From a bacterium (GTDB taxonomy: Bacteria > Margulisbacteria > Marinamargulisbacteria > JABIPA01), in assembly GCA_018699495.1 (NCBI GenBank), contig JABIQV010000001.1:1-60018 (forward strand): a stretch of DNA of 60,018 bases, in the 5' to 3' direction. The position numbers were made by a program, and so were the translations under genes. Numbering within the stretch: the first letter of the stretch is position 1; each line of letters begins with the position of its first letter. The notes beneath the pieces are model-generated. The model saw only the letters and a list, made by a program, of their open reading frames with translations, had not been told where the DNA came from and ran no database searches. Below are positions 30,672 through 40,215 of this stretch, one piece after another.

Positions 30672-31298
30672 CTAATTAGTATCCCCATCAGATACCGCAT
30701 CAGCATCAATTTTCTTCTTAATTTTCATAATGGATGCTTTATAAATACGAGAAATTTGAGACTCGGAAATTCCGAATTTCCCACCAATCTCCTTAAATGT
30801 CATATCATTTTTTGTATGAAGAACTACTATTTTTTTTTCTCTATAATTCAAACCACTCATCGCTTGATTTAGCTGGATTCCCGTTTCGATCTGATTCTCA
30901 AAATCCGCCCTTTTGTTAATCGCCATAAATACATAAGCTGCGTCTGTAATCCAATCATAAAACCGAGTTGGATCCGACTTTGATATATATCGTATATGAT
31001 CTTTCATTGCCCCCAAAATTCGTCTCTGTGCCAATGGCCACACATCTGGGCATAATTCCGGGTCCCAAACCTTAATCGTCTCAAGAAACTCCAATTGAGA
31101 GATAGTCCTCAGATCATCGATTTCACTTTCCCCTACATACTTCGGTAAATACTTCACATAACGACGTAACACCATTTCTAAACGATTTGAAAAGGCGTCA
31201 ATGATGATAATGTCCCAAGTCTCAAGGAGAGATATTTTTATTGAGTTTAAAACAGGTTCACGAATCGATTCCCAAATACCTTTTGTTTCTTTCTTCAA
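30672..31298 (-). CDS. FliA/WhiG (sigma28)-like RNA polymerase sigma factor lacking region 3
   Basis: Region 2 LPKYV..DDL...DP...RILGAMKDHIR; region 4 TFKEIG..GISESQISRI; only 208 aa. Confidence 0.8.
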   Translation of the reverse strand: MKKETKGIWESIREPVLNSIKISLLETWDIIIIDAFSNRLEMVLRRYVKYLPKYVGESEIDDLRTISQLEFLETIKVWDPELCPDVWPLAQRRILGAMKDHIRYISKSDPTRFYDWITDAAYVFMAINKRADFENQIETGIQLNQAMSGLNYREKKIVVLHTKNDMTFKEIGGKFGISESQISRIYKASIMKIKKKIDADAVSDGDTN

Positions 31299-31299
31299 A

Positions 31300-31563
31300 T
31301 TAAAGGTTCAACTTTTTCATTATTTTGTCTAACAAGTTGGCCTCGTTAATGTAGCTCATTTTATCCTCAGAGAATAATGCTTTGCATACATCTCTATATA
31401 AATTTGACACGTTTTCTCTGAGCTCAGATTTGACGGTAGTATCTTTAATATTTAACTTTTTAAGCTCATAATTAATTTTTCGTTTCTCAGAATCCTCAAC
31501 CCCATGCCTTTTCCTATAAATACTTTGGGGAACTTTTTTGACATAAAAATTATCGTCTGTCAT
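31300..31563 (-). CDS. Small hypothetical protein, possibly an FlgM-like anti-sigma factor
   Basis: 87 aa, coupled between flhA and the sigma gene; C-terminal YINEANLLDKIM loosely resembles FlgM Y-x-ID-x-x-x-IA-x-K-x. Confidence 0.5.
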   Translation of the reverse strand: MTDDNFYVKKVPQSIYRKRHGVEDSEKRKINYELKKLNIKDTTVKSELRENVSNLYRDVCKALFSEDKMSYINEANLLDKIMKKLNL

Positions 31564-33647
31564 TACATTTCATCTGAACTAATAACCCCAATAGACTGAA
31601 CTTTTACCTGAGGTACAATTTCATTATAAGACAGAACCGCAAGAAAGGGATAATTTCTCTCTGTAAACTTTTTGAAATGTGTTCGTAACCGCGGAGAGCA
31701 AAGTGAGACAGGTGGTTTTTCCATTTTTCTGAAATTAGACATATGTTCACCTACTTGGCTCAAAACTTTTTCACCAACCTGAGGGTCCAGGGCTAAAAAG
31801 CTACCGTATTCCGATTGGTGAATAGAATTAATCATGGTTTCCTCTAATCTAGGATCAATCGTAAAAACTGTAATCGTATCGTCCTTATCCATATATTTAC
31901 TGCATATTTGTCGTGATAACGATTGTCTCACATATTCTGCCAATAAATTTGTATCCCTAGACACATGCGCATAATCCGCTAATCGTTCCAAAATAGTTGA
32001 AAGGTCTCTAATCGAAACACGTTCCTTAACCAACGCTTGAAGAACCTTATGCACCTGCCCTAAAGAAAGCATATCCGGAACCAACTCCCGAACAATAGCG
32101 GCATTAGAACTTTTAACTAACTCCATTAATGATTGTACATTTTGACGCGTAATAATGTCATCCGCATTTTGCTTAATGACCTCTGAAAAATGATTCGATA
32201 TGAAATCCGTAATATTCTGAGCTGCTATTACATTTTCTTGAAGCCTTTCAATTTGGTCTTCTGAAACCCATGCTCCAGGCTGTAAATTAGTAGGATCTAC
32301 TGCCTCTATTCCGTTTATACCTTTTCTCTTGAGTTCAGCCGAGGTTCGCTGTACAAAAAAATGTCCTGGAAGGGCCTCTCCCAATGCGATCCTTGTACCT
32401 CGAATATCCATTTGATATTGGTTAGGGGGAAGACTCAAATCATCCATTACTCGAACACCTGGTATAACAAACCCTAATTCTTGTCCAATGTGGTAGCGTA
32501 CCAATGTAATTCGTTCTAATAAAGGGCCATTTTGACTCGGATCAATTAACGGAACCAAATTCCGACCAGTTTTCATACTGATTGGATCTAACGCTAGGGT
32601 TCCAAGTAAATTTTCAGGTTTTTTCATCGCATCTTTTGCCGATTCTTGTCCAGAATCTACATTTAACTCTTCTTCTTGTTTTTGTTTTCTTAAAATCACG
32701 TAGGAAAGACAAGCCACCCCTCCAGATATTGCCAGGAAAGGTACCGTAGGCAACCCAGGGACGATTGCAAATAAGAGTAAAATGAAAGATGTAACAGCAA
32801 ATGCTTTTGGCTGTGTAAAAATTTGTGCCGCTATATCTTTTCCTAGACTTTCTGCAGATGCCGACTTAGTAACAACCAAACCTGTTGCGATTGATATTAA
32901 AAGTGCAGGAACCTGAGAAACAAGACCATCACCAATCGATAGCGTTGTAAAAATTTTAGCCGCCTCTCCTGCCGCTAACCCTTGCATAGCAACCCCAATG
33001 GCTAAACCACCTACAATATTAATAATCATGATGATGATACCCGCAATAGCATCCCCTTTAACAAATTTATTCGCACCATCCATAGATCCAAAAAATTGAG
33101 ATTCTTTGCCTAACTTCTCTCGTCTGTCTTTTGCCTGACTAGCATCAATCAATCCCGCATTTAAATCCGCATCAATACTCATTTGTTTACCAGGCAACGC
33201 ATCAAGGGTAAACCTCGCAGCAACCTCAGCAACCCGTTCTGATCCTTTTGTAATTACCATAAATTGCACCAAAGTAATAATACAAAAGGCGACTATCCCT
33301 ACAACAAAATTTCCTCCAGTAACAAACTCCGCAAAGGCAATAACCACCGTCCCATCAAATTTCTTACCTAAGCTCAAAATTAATTTTGTGGATGCAACGT
33401 TAATAGATAGCCGGTAAAGAGTTACCACTAACAACAGGGAAGGGAATGCTGCAAAATCTAACGGTTCCGCCAAGTACATAGCTATTAAAAGAATAGAAAC
33501 CGAAACCGCAATATTAAGAACCATTAAAATATCTAGAAGTGCAGAAGGAATGGGAACGATCATTAACGTCATAATCAATATAAGTACAATAGCCAACAAT
33601 ACGTCGGCTAAGGTAAACAGTTCTTTTAAAGTGCTTAATTTCATCAT
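31563..33647 (-). CDS. flhA: Type III export gate FlhA; probable start ATG 33647
   Basis: FHIPEP motif ITKGSERVAEVAARFTLDALPGKQMSIDADLNAG, FFGSMDGANKFVKGDAIAG, IGDGLVSQ, ERVSIRD, VLSYNEI. Confidence 0.97.
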   Translation of the reverse strand: MMKLSTLKELFTLADVLLAIVLILIMTLMIVPIPSALLDILMVLNIAVSVSILLIAMYLAEPLDFAAFPSLLLVVTLYRLSINVASTKLILSLGKKFDGTVVIAFAEFVTGGNFVVGIVAFCIITLVQFMVITKGSERVAEVAARFTLDALPGKQMSIDADLNAGLIDASQAKDRREKLGKESQFFGSMDGANKFVKGDAIAGIIIMIINIVGGLAIGVAMQGLAAGEAAKIFTTLSIGDGLVSQVPALLISIATGLVVTKSASAESLGKDIAAQIFTQPKAFAVTSFILLLFAIVPGLPTVPFLAISGGVACLSYVILRKQKQEEELNVDSGQESAKDAMKKPENLLGTLALDPISMKTGRNLVPLIDPSQNGPLLERITLVRYHIGQELGFVIPGVRVMDDLSLPPNQYQMDIRGTRIALGEALPGHFFVQRTSAELKRKGINGIEAVDPTNLQPGAWVSEDQIERLQENVIAAQNITDFISNHFSEVIKQNADDIITRQNVQSLMELVKSSNAAIVRELVPDMLSLGQVHKVLQALVKERVSIRDLSTILERLADYAHVSRDTNLLAEYVRQSLSRQICSKYMDKDDTITVFTIDPRLEETMINSIHQSEYGSFLALDPQVGEKVLSQVGEHMSNFRKMEKPPVSLCSPRLRTHFKKFTERNYPFLAVLSYNEIVPQVKVQSIGVISSDEM

Positions 33648-33648
33648 A

Positions 33649-34716
33649 TTATTGGTAGGCTCGTTTCTTTTTAAGATTATACACAAATGCTAATATCTCT
33701 GCTACCAGCTTGTAATATTCTGGAGGCACTTCCGCATTAACTTCTGTAATTGGATATAGCGCTTGAGCGAGAAGGGGGTTTTCAATTATTGGAATATTGT
33801 TTTCAAGTGCAAGTTGCTTAATTTGCTTCGCTACTAGCCGCTTTCCCTTTGCCACCAATACAGGGGCTCGCATACTATTATGCTTATACCGAATAGCTAA
33901 TGCGATATACACAGGATTTGTGACAACAACATCAGCTCCCGGAACAGACCCCATTTGTCGTCCCTGAGACATTTGTCTAGCCGCATCTTTCTGTCGTTGC
34001 TTAATTTGAGGGTCCCCTTCAAGCCGTTTGTACTCATCCTTTATTTCTTTTTTTGACATTTTCAACCCTTTTATATGTTCGTGCTTTTGATATAAATAAT
34101 CAAAAATTGCAATGACAAAATATAATCCAGCCAGCCGATTTATCACCTTTACAACCAAATGCCCTGTGAATTCCATTAACTGCCACAACGATAACTGTTG
34201 CCCAAGCAATACCATGAAAAACTCATCCTTAATTGCCCCGTACAACAACATTATGACCAAAGTCATCTTAATAAGAGACTTCGCTAGCTCAACATACTGC
34301 TTAGCTGAAAAAAACTTTTTAACACCTTCTAAAGGGTTTAGCTTCGACAATTTAGGAATTAAAGGATCCCCTGAAATCAAAAACCCAGTTTGTAAGGCCT
34401 CTATAATTAAGGCTACAATGGTATTTGTTACTAAGATTGGTAGCAAACAAGCAAAGCTAGTTGTCAAGACGTATCGGAGAAGAACGCCTACAGTAGCGGC
34501 ACTAAACTCTTCAGGAATTTGTCCAAAAGTATAATTTGATAGATTTGCTATCCGATCCCACATGGATTTAGCCGTCGCCTTAAAAATGGCAAAAGCGACA
34601 ATCATCAAGACAGCGCCAGTTATTTCCTTGCTTTTTGCTATTTGACCTTTTTTTCTTGCCTCCCTCATTTTATGAGGGGTAGGCTCTTCGGTCTTTTCTG
34701 CTGAATCGTCTCCCAT
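33649..34716 (-). CDS. flhB: Type III export switch protein FlhB (NPTH replaced by NPVY)
   Basis: EKTEEPTPHK, KGQIAKSKE, LKMSKKEIKDEYKRLEGDP, VVTNPVY, AP..VAKG, VAEILAFV. Confidence 0.95.
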   Translation of the reverse strand: MGDDSAEKTEEPTPHKMREARKKGQIAKSKEITGAVLMIVAFAIFKATAKSMWDRIANLSNYTFGQIPEEFSAATVGVLLRYVLTTSFACLLPILVTNTIVALIIEALQTGFLISGDPLIPKLSKLNPLEGVKKFFSAKQYVELAKSLIKMTLVIMLLYGAIKDEFFMVLLGQQLSLWQLMEFTGHLVVKVINRLAGLYFVIAIFDYLYQKHEHIKGLKMSKKEIKDEYKRLEGDPQIKQRQKDAARQMSQGRQMGSVPGADVVVTNPVYIALAIRYKHNSMRAPVLVAKGKRLVAKQIKQLALENNIPIIENPLLAQALYPITEVNAEVPPEYYKLVAEILAFVYNLKKKRAYQ

Positions 34717-34737
34717 AGGTTCCTTTTAATTACTAAA

Positions 34738-35508
34738 TTATAACTGCATCAAATATAACACTCGAATCGTGTGTTCCGTTAAATCTTCCAACATTATAAA
34801 TATACTTTGAATCATTCCTGGTGCAATAGCCAAAAATATTATTAAACTAATCGTTGGCTTTAATTGAAACCCTAATTGAAATACATTAACCTGTGGCGCT
34901 ACACGACTTAACATTCCAAATGAAAAATCGACTAAAAAAACAATCAATAATATAGGAACCGAAAGTTGAAGAGCCAGTCCAAATAAGTCCGTCCCTAAAT
35001 TGGCAATATACTTCCCTGCCAAAGAAAAATTAGGAATAACACCGATCGGAATCAAAGAAAAACTTTTATGCACCATCGCTATTACCATATGATGTCCGTT
35101 AATTTGCAAAAACATCATTATGGATGTCCATTCCAATAAAAGTGATATTAGCGTACTTGTTCTCCCTGTTAAGGGGTTTAACAAGGAGGCTACACTCAAC
35201 CCGGCCTGGGTATCCATTAAGGAGCCTCCAAATTCAATAGCAACCAAAATTGCCTCTGACACAAAGCCTATAGTGACTCCAATTAATACCTCTACAACCA
35301 ATGCAAGTACAAACGTAATTAAAGTATCTGGAGGAGTGATAGGTAAAGGAACCAAAAATACGAGTAACGTAGACGCCCAAAAAATTAGCGTAACTTTGCT
35401 CATTGCAAATACTTGCTTTTTATTAAAAAACGGAGCTACTGTAACCATACCTGCAAGTCTGCCAAACACTAAAAAAAAGGCAGTTAATTGTGTAAGTGTA
35501 AAAACCAT
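34738..35508 (-). CDS. fliR: Type III export protein FliR
   Basis: R-x-x-G...APFF, GSLMDTQAGL, NGHH, RVAPQVNVF. Confidence 0.95.
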   Translation of the reverse strand: MVFTLTQLTAFFLVFGRLAGMVTVAPFFNKKQVFAMSKVTLIFWASTLLVFLVPLPITPPDTLITFVLALVVEVLIGVTIGFVSEAILVAIEFGGSLMDTQAGLSVASLLNPLTGRTSTLISLLLEWTSIMMFLQINGHHMVIAMVHKSFSLIPIGVIPNFSLAGKYIANLGTDLFGLALQLSVPILLIVFLVDFSFGMLSRVAPQVNVFQLGFQLKPTISLIIFLAIAPGMIQSIFIMLEDLTEHTIRVLYLMQL

Positions 35509-35511
35509 TTT

Positions 35512-35781
35512 CTATTGTGAATAAAGCGGAATATTTTCCCAAAGACCTAAAGCCATTTCCATGACCAACCGGGACATCCATGGGAAGGTAGCCCCTATCA
35601 CTATCATTACCACAACCATTTTAGGAACAAACGTAAGTGTTTGTTCTTGAATTTGCGTAACAGCTTGAAAAACTGCAACAATTAGCCCTATAGCCAACCC
35701 CAATCCTACGCTGGGCATCGACACAAGCAATGTTACTTGTATTGCCTGATTCAAAATAGCTGTTACTGTATCTATATTCAT
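35512..35781 (-). CDS. fliQ: Type III export protein FliQ
   Basis: FQAVTQIQEQTLTFVPK, PWM. Confidence 0.97.
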   Translation of the reverse strand: MNIDTVTAILNQAIQVTLLVSMPSVGLGLAIGLIVAVFQAVTQIQEQTLTFVPKMVVVMIVIGATFPWMSRLVMEMALGLWENIPLYSQ

Positions 35782-36536
35782 TGAAAGCTTATTAATAAAC
35801 CTCTAATAATTAAATTCCACCCGTCTGTTAAAACAAACAATAAGATCTTAAATGGAAGAGAGATCATTGCAGGAGATAACATAAACATTCCTAAAGATAA
35901 CAAGATATTTGAAACGATAAGGTCAATAACGACAAACGGAATAAATAATAAAAATCCAATCTGAAATGCAGTTTTTAATTCAGAAATCACAAACGCTGGT
36001 ACCAACACGAAAATTGGGACCTTTTCATAATCATTTACACTCTTCATTTGAGAAAACTCGAGAAACAGGGCTAAATCTTTATCTCTAATAAACTTCAGCA
36101 TAAAATTCCTAAAAGGCTTTGCTCCCAATTGAATCGCTTCATTTTGAGAAATTTTTCCCGATTTATAAGGTTTAACTGCTGACTCATTGACTTCATTCCA
36201 TGTCGGTGTCATCACAAATATAGTCATAAACATCGCAAGCGCAATGATAATGGGGCTAGGAGGACTAGACTGAGTTCCAATAGCCTGTCTTATCATGCTC
36301 AGAACAATAACCGTCCTTAAAAAGGATGTCGTAGATATTAGAAAAAAGGGAATTAACCCAATAGAAGATAAAGCAATAAGTAAATTAATAGTTGATGTGA
36401 ACCCTGATGGTTTTAAAATTGTTTCTATGTCTAATCCCGAAAAAGGTCCGGCTCCAATTTCTTGGGCAAGCACAATCGACGGTATAAAAACGATTAGAAA
36501 GGTAATAAACTTAACAAATTTATTTTTCATTAACAA
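35778..36536 (-). CDS. fliP: Type III export protein FliP
   Basis: TSFLR, RQAIG, PAFVISELKTAFQIGF, LGMFMLSP, PFKILLFVLTDGW; cleavable signal peptide as in flagellar FliP. Confidence 0.97.
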   Translation of the reverse strand: MLMKNKFVKFITFLIVFIPSIVLAQEIGAGPFSGLDIETILKPSGFTSTINLLIALSSIGLIPFFLISTTSFLRTVIVLSMIRQAIGTQSSPPSPIIIALAMFMTIFVMTPTWNEVNESAVKPYKSGKISQNEAIQLGAKPFRNFMLKFIRDKDLALFLEFSQMKSVNDYEKVPIFVLVPAFVISELKTAFQIGFLLFIPFVVIDLIVSNILLSLGMFMLSPAMISLPFKILLFVLTDGWNLIIRGLLISFQ

Positions 36537-36776
36537 TTAAACCCACTTGTGCAATACCTCTATAGACTTAGAATTACTTGCCACAAGAACCTTAATATTA
36601 TTACACTCCAAGTATACCAAAGAAGAATTTGAATCGACTGGCATTCTATCCAGAATTTTTATGTCCCCAGAAAACTTCTTTCTATATATCCCCTTAGTAA
36701 ACTTCTGTATAATAAACAGCATTCCAATGAGTACACCAAGCGTTAAGATTACTTGAATGTAATAAGAAGTGGCCAT
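36537..36776 (-). CDS. fliO: FliO-like chaperone
   Basis: One TM followed by an IKILDRMP...LV beta-rich domain; lies between fliN and fliP. Confidence 0.8.
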   Translation of the reverse strand: MATSYYIQVILTLGVLIGMLFIIQKFTKGIYRKKFSGDIKILDRMPVDSNSSLVYLECNNIKVLVASNSKSIEVLHKWV

Positions 36777-37196
36777 TTATTTTTCTGACGACAAGATATT
36801 AGTAACTCTTAGGCCATAATTATTGTCAATCGCGACCACTTCTCCCTGAGCTATAGTTTGACCATTGACGACTAAGTCTAACGGCTCTCCGACTAATCTC
36901 TCTAGCTCTATTATTGACCCTTCAGAAAGTTCGTAAACTTCTTTTAAAGATAGATTAGAACGTCCAAGTTCAACAGAAACACTAACAGGGATGCTACTAA
37001 AAATATCCTGTTCTAAAACAGACGACCCTTCTATACTTGCCAATTTGGGAAATTGAATATTGGATACATTTGGAGCGGCTACAGAGCGAGTTGGATCTTC
37101 CTCTCTACTCGACACTTGAGGGTCCATAGAAAAAGCTTGTTCCATTATCGGGTCAATATCTTCTAAGGGATCTTTAATACCGGAATTATTTGTCAT
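36777..37196 (-). CDS. fliN: C-ring protein FliN
   Basis: IPVSVSVELGR, GSIIELERLVGEPLDLVVNG, GEVVAIDNNYGLRVT. Confidence 0.95.
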   Translation of the reverse strand: MTNNSGIKDPLEDIDPIMEQAFSMDPQVSSREEDPTRSVAAPNVSNIQFPKLASIEGSSVLEQDIFSSIPVSVSVELGRSNLSLKEVYELSEGSIIELERLVGEPLDLVVNGQTIAQGEVVAIDNNYGLRVTNILSSEK

Positions 37197-37929
37197 ACTC
37201 GAGCACCTCTTTCACTAATTTTAAATAATCTTCTGCGCCATTTGATTCGGGATCATACTCAAAAACCGTCTGCCGATATCCTGCCGCTTCAGATACAGCA
37301 ACATTTACTCTTACTGGACTCGTTATTAATCCTGGAAAAACACGTTCCAGACTCGACAAGATTTCTTTTGATTTGTTGTTACGTTTATCAAACAAAGTTG
37401 GAATTACTTTAGAAATCTTTACGTTTCTTCGGAATATTCTATTAATGATTTTGATATTGTTCAATAGTTGTTTTACACCAACAAGAGACAAATACTCCAT
37501 TGAAACAGGAACCCAAAGTTCATCTGAAAAAACTAAAGCGTTTTGACTAAACAAACTCATCGATGGTCCACAATCTACCAGAACAAAGTCATACCCCGTT
37601 AAGGAGTCAAACTTTTCTAAAAATATTTTTTCTTTGTTTTTTCTACTGGAAAGCACAATAGATGCTGGAAACATCCTTTCATTAGAACATATAATATCAA
37701 TATTCTGCCGTGATTTTTCAATACATTGCTCAGGAGTCTTATTTCCCATAACAATATCATAAAGTGTATGTTTAGGATCAACCCCCAAATGGTAACCAGC
37801 AGAGCCCTGAGGGTCAGTATCAATAACCAAAACTTTTTTTCCCTTTAAAACTAGTCCATGGGCAATATTGATAACAGTACACGTCTTACCAGTTCCTCCC
37901 TTATAATTAATGACTGAAATTTTTTTCAT
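37186..37929 (-). CDS. ParA/Soj family ATPase
   Basis: Deviant Walker A NYKGGTGKT, IDTDPQG, DCGPS, VPVSMEYLSLVG, TLFDKR, VSEAAG. This is Soj-like (DPQ, DCxPS), not FlhG/MinD-like. Confidence 0.92.
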   Translation of the reverse strand: MKKISVINYKGGTGKTCTVINIAHGLVLKGKKVLVIDTDPQGSAGYHLGVDPKHTLYDIVMGNKTPEQCIEKSRQNIDIICSNERMFPASIVLSSRKNKEKIFLEKFDSLTGYDFVLVDCGPSMSLFSQNALVFSDELWVPVSMEYLSLVGVKQLLNNIKIINRIFRRNVKISKVIPTLFDKRNNKSKEILSSLERVFPGLITSPVRVNVAVSEAAGYRQTVFEYDPESNGAEDYLKLVKEVLEYDK

Positions 37930-37935
37930 AATATT

Positions 37936-39402
37936 TTAAAACTCGTCGTCTAAATCGTCCCAAGAAAAATCGTCATCCGCCTCGCTATCAGAATCTTCTA
38001 CTACATCTTCAGTTTCCTCGACTCCTCCAGTTTCAGGAATGGGAGGTTCTTCAAGAGTCGCGGTTGATTCTTTAACTTCTTGGTTGAGAGCGTCTTCCTC
38101 TTCAATCAAAGAATTTTCCAATACCGGTTTAGCCCCTACTTCTGGCACGTCCCGGATATCGGAAGAACCGATTCCGTTAGTATCTAAATCGTCCGATACG
38201 CTTGCCTGAACCGTCTTAGCAGGAGCTGTGCCAAATGAACCAACAGCATCCTCTAAAACATTATCTTCGACTGGTCCGGCAGGTGACGTTACCGTCGGAT
38301 TCAGTGTCGTTGTTTCAGTATTTGACAAATCTTCGCAATCAACAGATTTTATTTCCGAATAATCAGAAATCGACTTATCTTGTCTTAGTCGTTGTGATTC
38401 TACTTCGGACTTTTCAACCATATGAACGTCCGACTTGGCAATTTTATCAGAGTCACGCAAGTCAACGATTTGTACAGCTATCTGATCATTTATTATGCCA
38501 ACCTGTCCGGTAACAGCCGTTTCTCCACCAATTAAAACCTGTATAGGCGTTTCAAGAGTAGATTTCAAGGGAATAACATCACCAATTTGTAGCTCCATTA
38601 ACTCCTTCATGGTTAAACTAGCATCCCCAATCAATGCCTTTACAGGTATATTAATCCGTTTTTCTGTTTCAGAATTTAGTTTGATTCTTCGTTTTGTAGG
38701 GGTAACCTTGGACTTCTTTAACTTTAGTAAATGCTTTAAAACGCTATTTGGATAAGCAAAGGTGATCGTGTGCAAATTTTGATCAATAAAATAAAAATTA
38801 AGAGAAAATAATACATACGCTTCTCGATAGGAAAGCTTCTTATCTTGAGCATACGTACCACTTGAAAACTCATCCGACACATTTTGGTCGCCCAATATAT
38901 TTCCCCAACTATCATTAAACAGAGGGATAATTTCCTCTAGTTGTGTTTTCAATATTTTGAGTTCAATTTCACCAAATTTTTCGCGTCCATCAGGAACGCC
39001 TTGTCCACCCAATAACCGGTCGACGAGCATTTCCGAAAGAGCCCAATCCAAAATCACGTCCATTTTTCCTAAGTCATTTAATAAATATTTAGACTGAACG
39101 ATCTGCTCTTGCTGACTATCAAGAAACTCTCCATAACGCATCTGTTTAGCCTCAACAGAATGCAACTCAACTTTAGCAGTCAAGTCATTTGATAGTTTTT
39201 TTGTAATAAGCTCTGCCAAGCGATAGTGCAACATATGAACTATTTTCATTTCATCCCTTGGCAAACTATCGAAATTAATATTTCGAACAGAGGAAATATT
39301 AATTTCATCTAAATCAAGATCTTTAAATTGAATGGTCGTCCAATCTCCAATCGCAGGTCCTAATTTAATATTACGTGTGTATTTAAACTGTGTGCTACCC
39401 AA
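37936..39402 (-). CDS. fliM: FliM-like C-ring protein with a long acidic C-terminal tail
   Basis: CheC-like middle domain (YGEFL, VDRLLGGQG, GEIE), SpoA domain (LQIGDVIPL), then about 170 aa of acidic tail; RBS AAGGGGAG. Confidence 0.85.
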   Translation of the reverse strand: MGSTQFKYTRNIKLGPAIGDWTTIQFKDLDLDEINISSVRNINFDSLPRDEMKIVHMLHYRLAELITKKLSNDLTAKVELHSVEAKQMRYGEFLDSQQEQIVQSKYLLNDLGKMDVILDWALSEMLVDRLLGGQGVPDGREKFGEIELKILKTQLEEIIPLFNDSWGNILGDQNVSDEFSSGTYAQDKKLSYREAYVLFSLNFYFIDQNLHTITFAYPNSVLKHLLKLKKSKVTPTKRRIKLNSETEKRINIPVKALIGDASLTMKELMELQIGDVIPLKSTLETPIQVLIGGETAVTGQVGIINDQIAVQIVDLRDSDKIAKSDVHMVEKSEVESQRLRQDKSISDYSEIKSVDCEDLSNTETTTLNPTVTSPAGPVEDNVLEDAVGSFGTAPAKTVQASVSDDLDTNGIGSSDIRDVPEVGAKPVLENSLIEEEDALNQEVKESTATLEEPPIPETGGVEETEDVVEDSDSEADDDFSWDDLDDEF

Positions 39403-39516
39403 AATAATTCTCCCCTTTTAACGCCATCTACGGCATAGGTATCTTTGACCAAAAAAAAACAAATCAACTTAATTAAGTACCATCACTGGTAATTATACCC
39501 AGTTTCAGCCCATTTT

Positions 39517-40215
39517 TCATTCTATTTCTTCTGAATCAGACTCATCATCGTTATGATCGCGGCTGCTATCTGATTCATTCTGCCCCTCTTGGAAACGACT
39601 ATCGTCTACCAAGTTTAAGTCCATATCTATCTCTTCACTATTGGTAGTTTTAAGATAGGCATATAAATTATTTAACTCCGGCTTAAGTATATCATATAGT
39701 TGCTTGTTTACATTTAATTTAATTTCAAGCCCCTTCTCTGATTTTTTAATTGAAATTTCTAAGGGGATATCCCGTTTATCAAAGGAGAATTTATACTGTG
39801 TGCCTTCAGATTTTTGAACCTCTACAATAGCTTTATTTAAAACCTCTTTTACGAACTGAGTTAAGTCTCCTATCGAGATTGGCAATGCATCTATCTGATA
39901 AAACATTGAAGCCAAGGTTTGAATTTTATTCGATGCTGACTTTTTCAAGGCCTTACTATCCGACGATTTTTCACTACTTTCAGAATGTTTCGCATCCTTT
40001 GTCGTCTTTCGATCGATTTCTTCAGGATCCTGATTTTCAGAATCCATCCTGTAGGACCCATCGAGATTTTTCTCAATGCTAGAGAAATCTTTTAATGGCT
40101 TTGCTTTTTTCTCGGTAAATAGTTCGAGAAACCCTTCGCCTTCGTAGTTCACATCCAGAGATGATACTAAATTTGGTACATATTTCGCCAATTTTAATTG
40201 AACCTCAAAATCCAC
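39517..40215 (-). CDS. Putative FliK/SctP-like length-control protein (short)
   Basis: Disordered charged middle region; C-terminal beta-beta-beta-alpha pattern (FSFD..PLEISIKK..GLEIKL....ILKPELNNLYAYL) typical of the T3S4 domain; operon context. Confidence 0.55.
   Translation of the reverse strand: MDFEVQLKLAKYVPNLVSSLDVNYEGEGFLELFTEKKAKPLKDFSSIEKNLDGSYRMDSENQDPEEIDRKTTKDAKHSESSEKSSDSKALKKSASNKIQTLASMFYQIDALPISIGDLTQFVKEVLNKAIVEVQKSEGTQYKFSFDKRDIPLEISIKKSEKGLEIKLNVNKQLYDILKPELNNLYAYLKTTNSEEIDMDLNLVDDSRFQEGQNESDSSRDHNDDESDSEEIE

Noticed and set aside
37186-37929. Calling the ATPase flhG or a chromosomal parA
   Set aside because: Its motifs are Soj-like rather than MinD/FlhG-like, and no flhF or parB is adjacent, so it is left unnamed.
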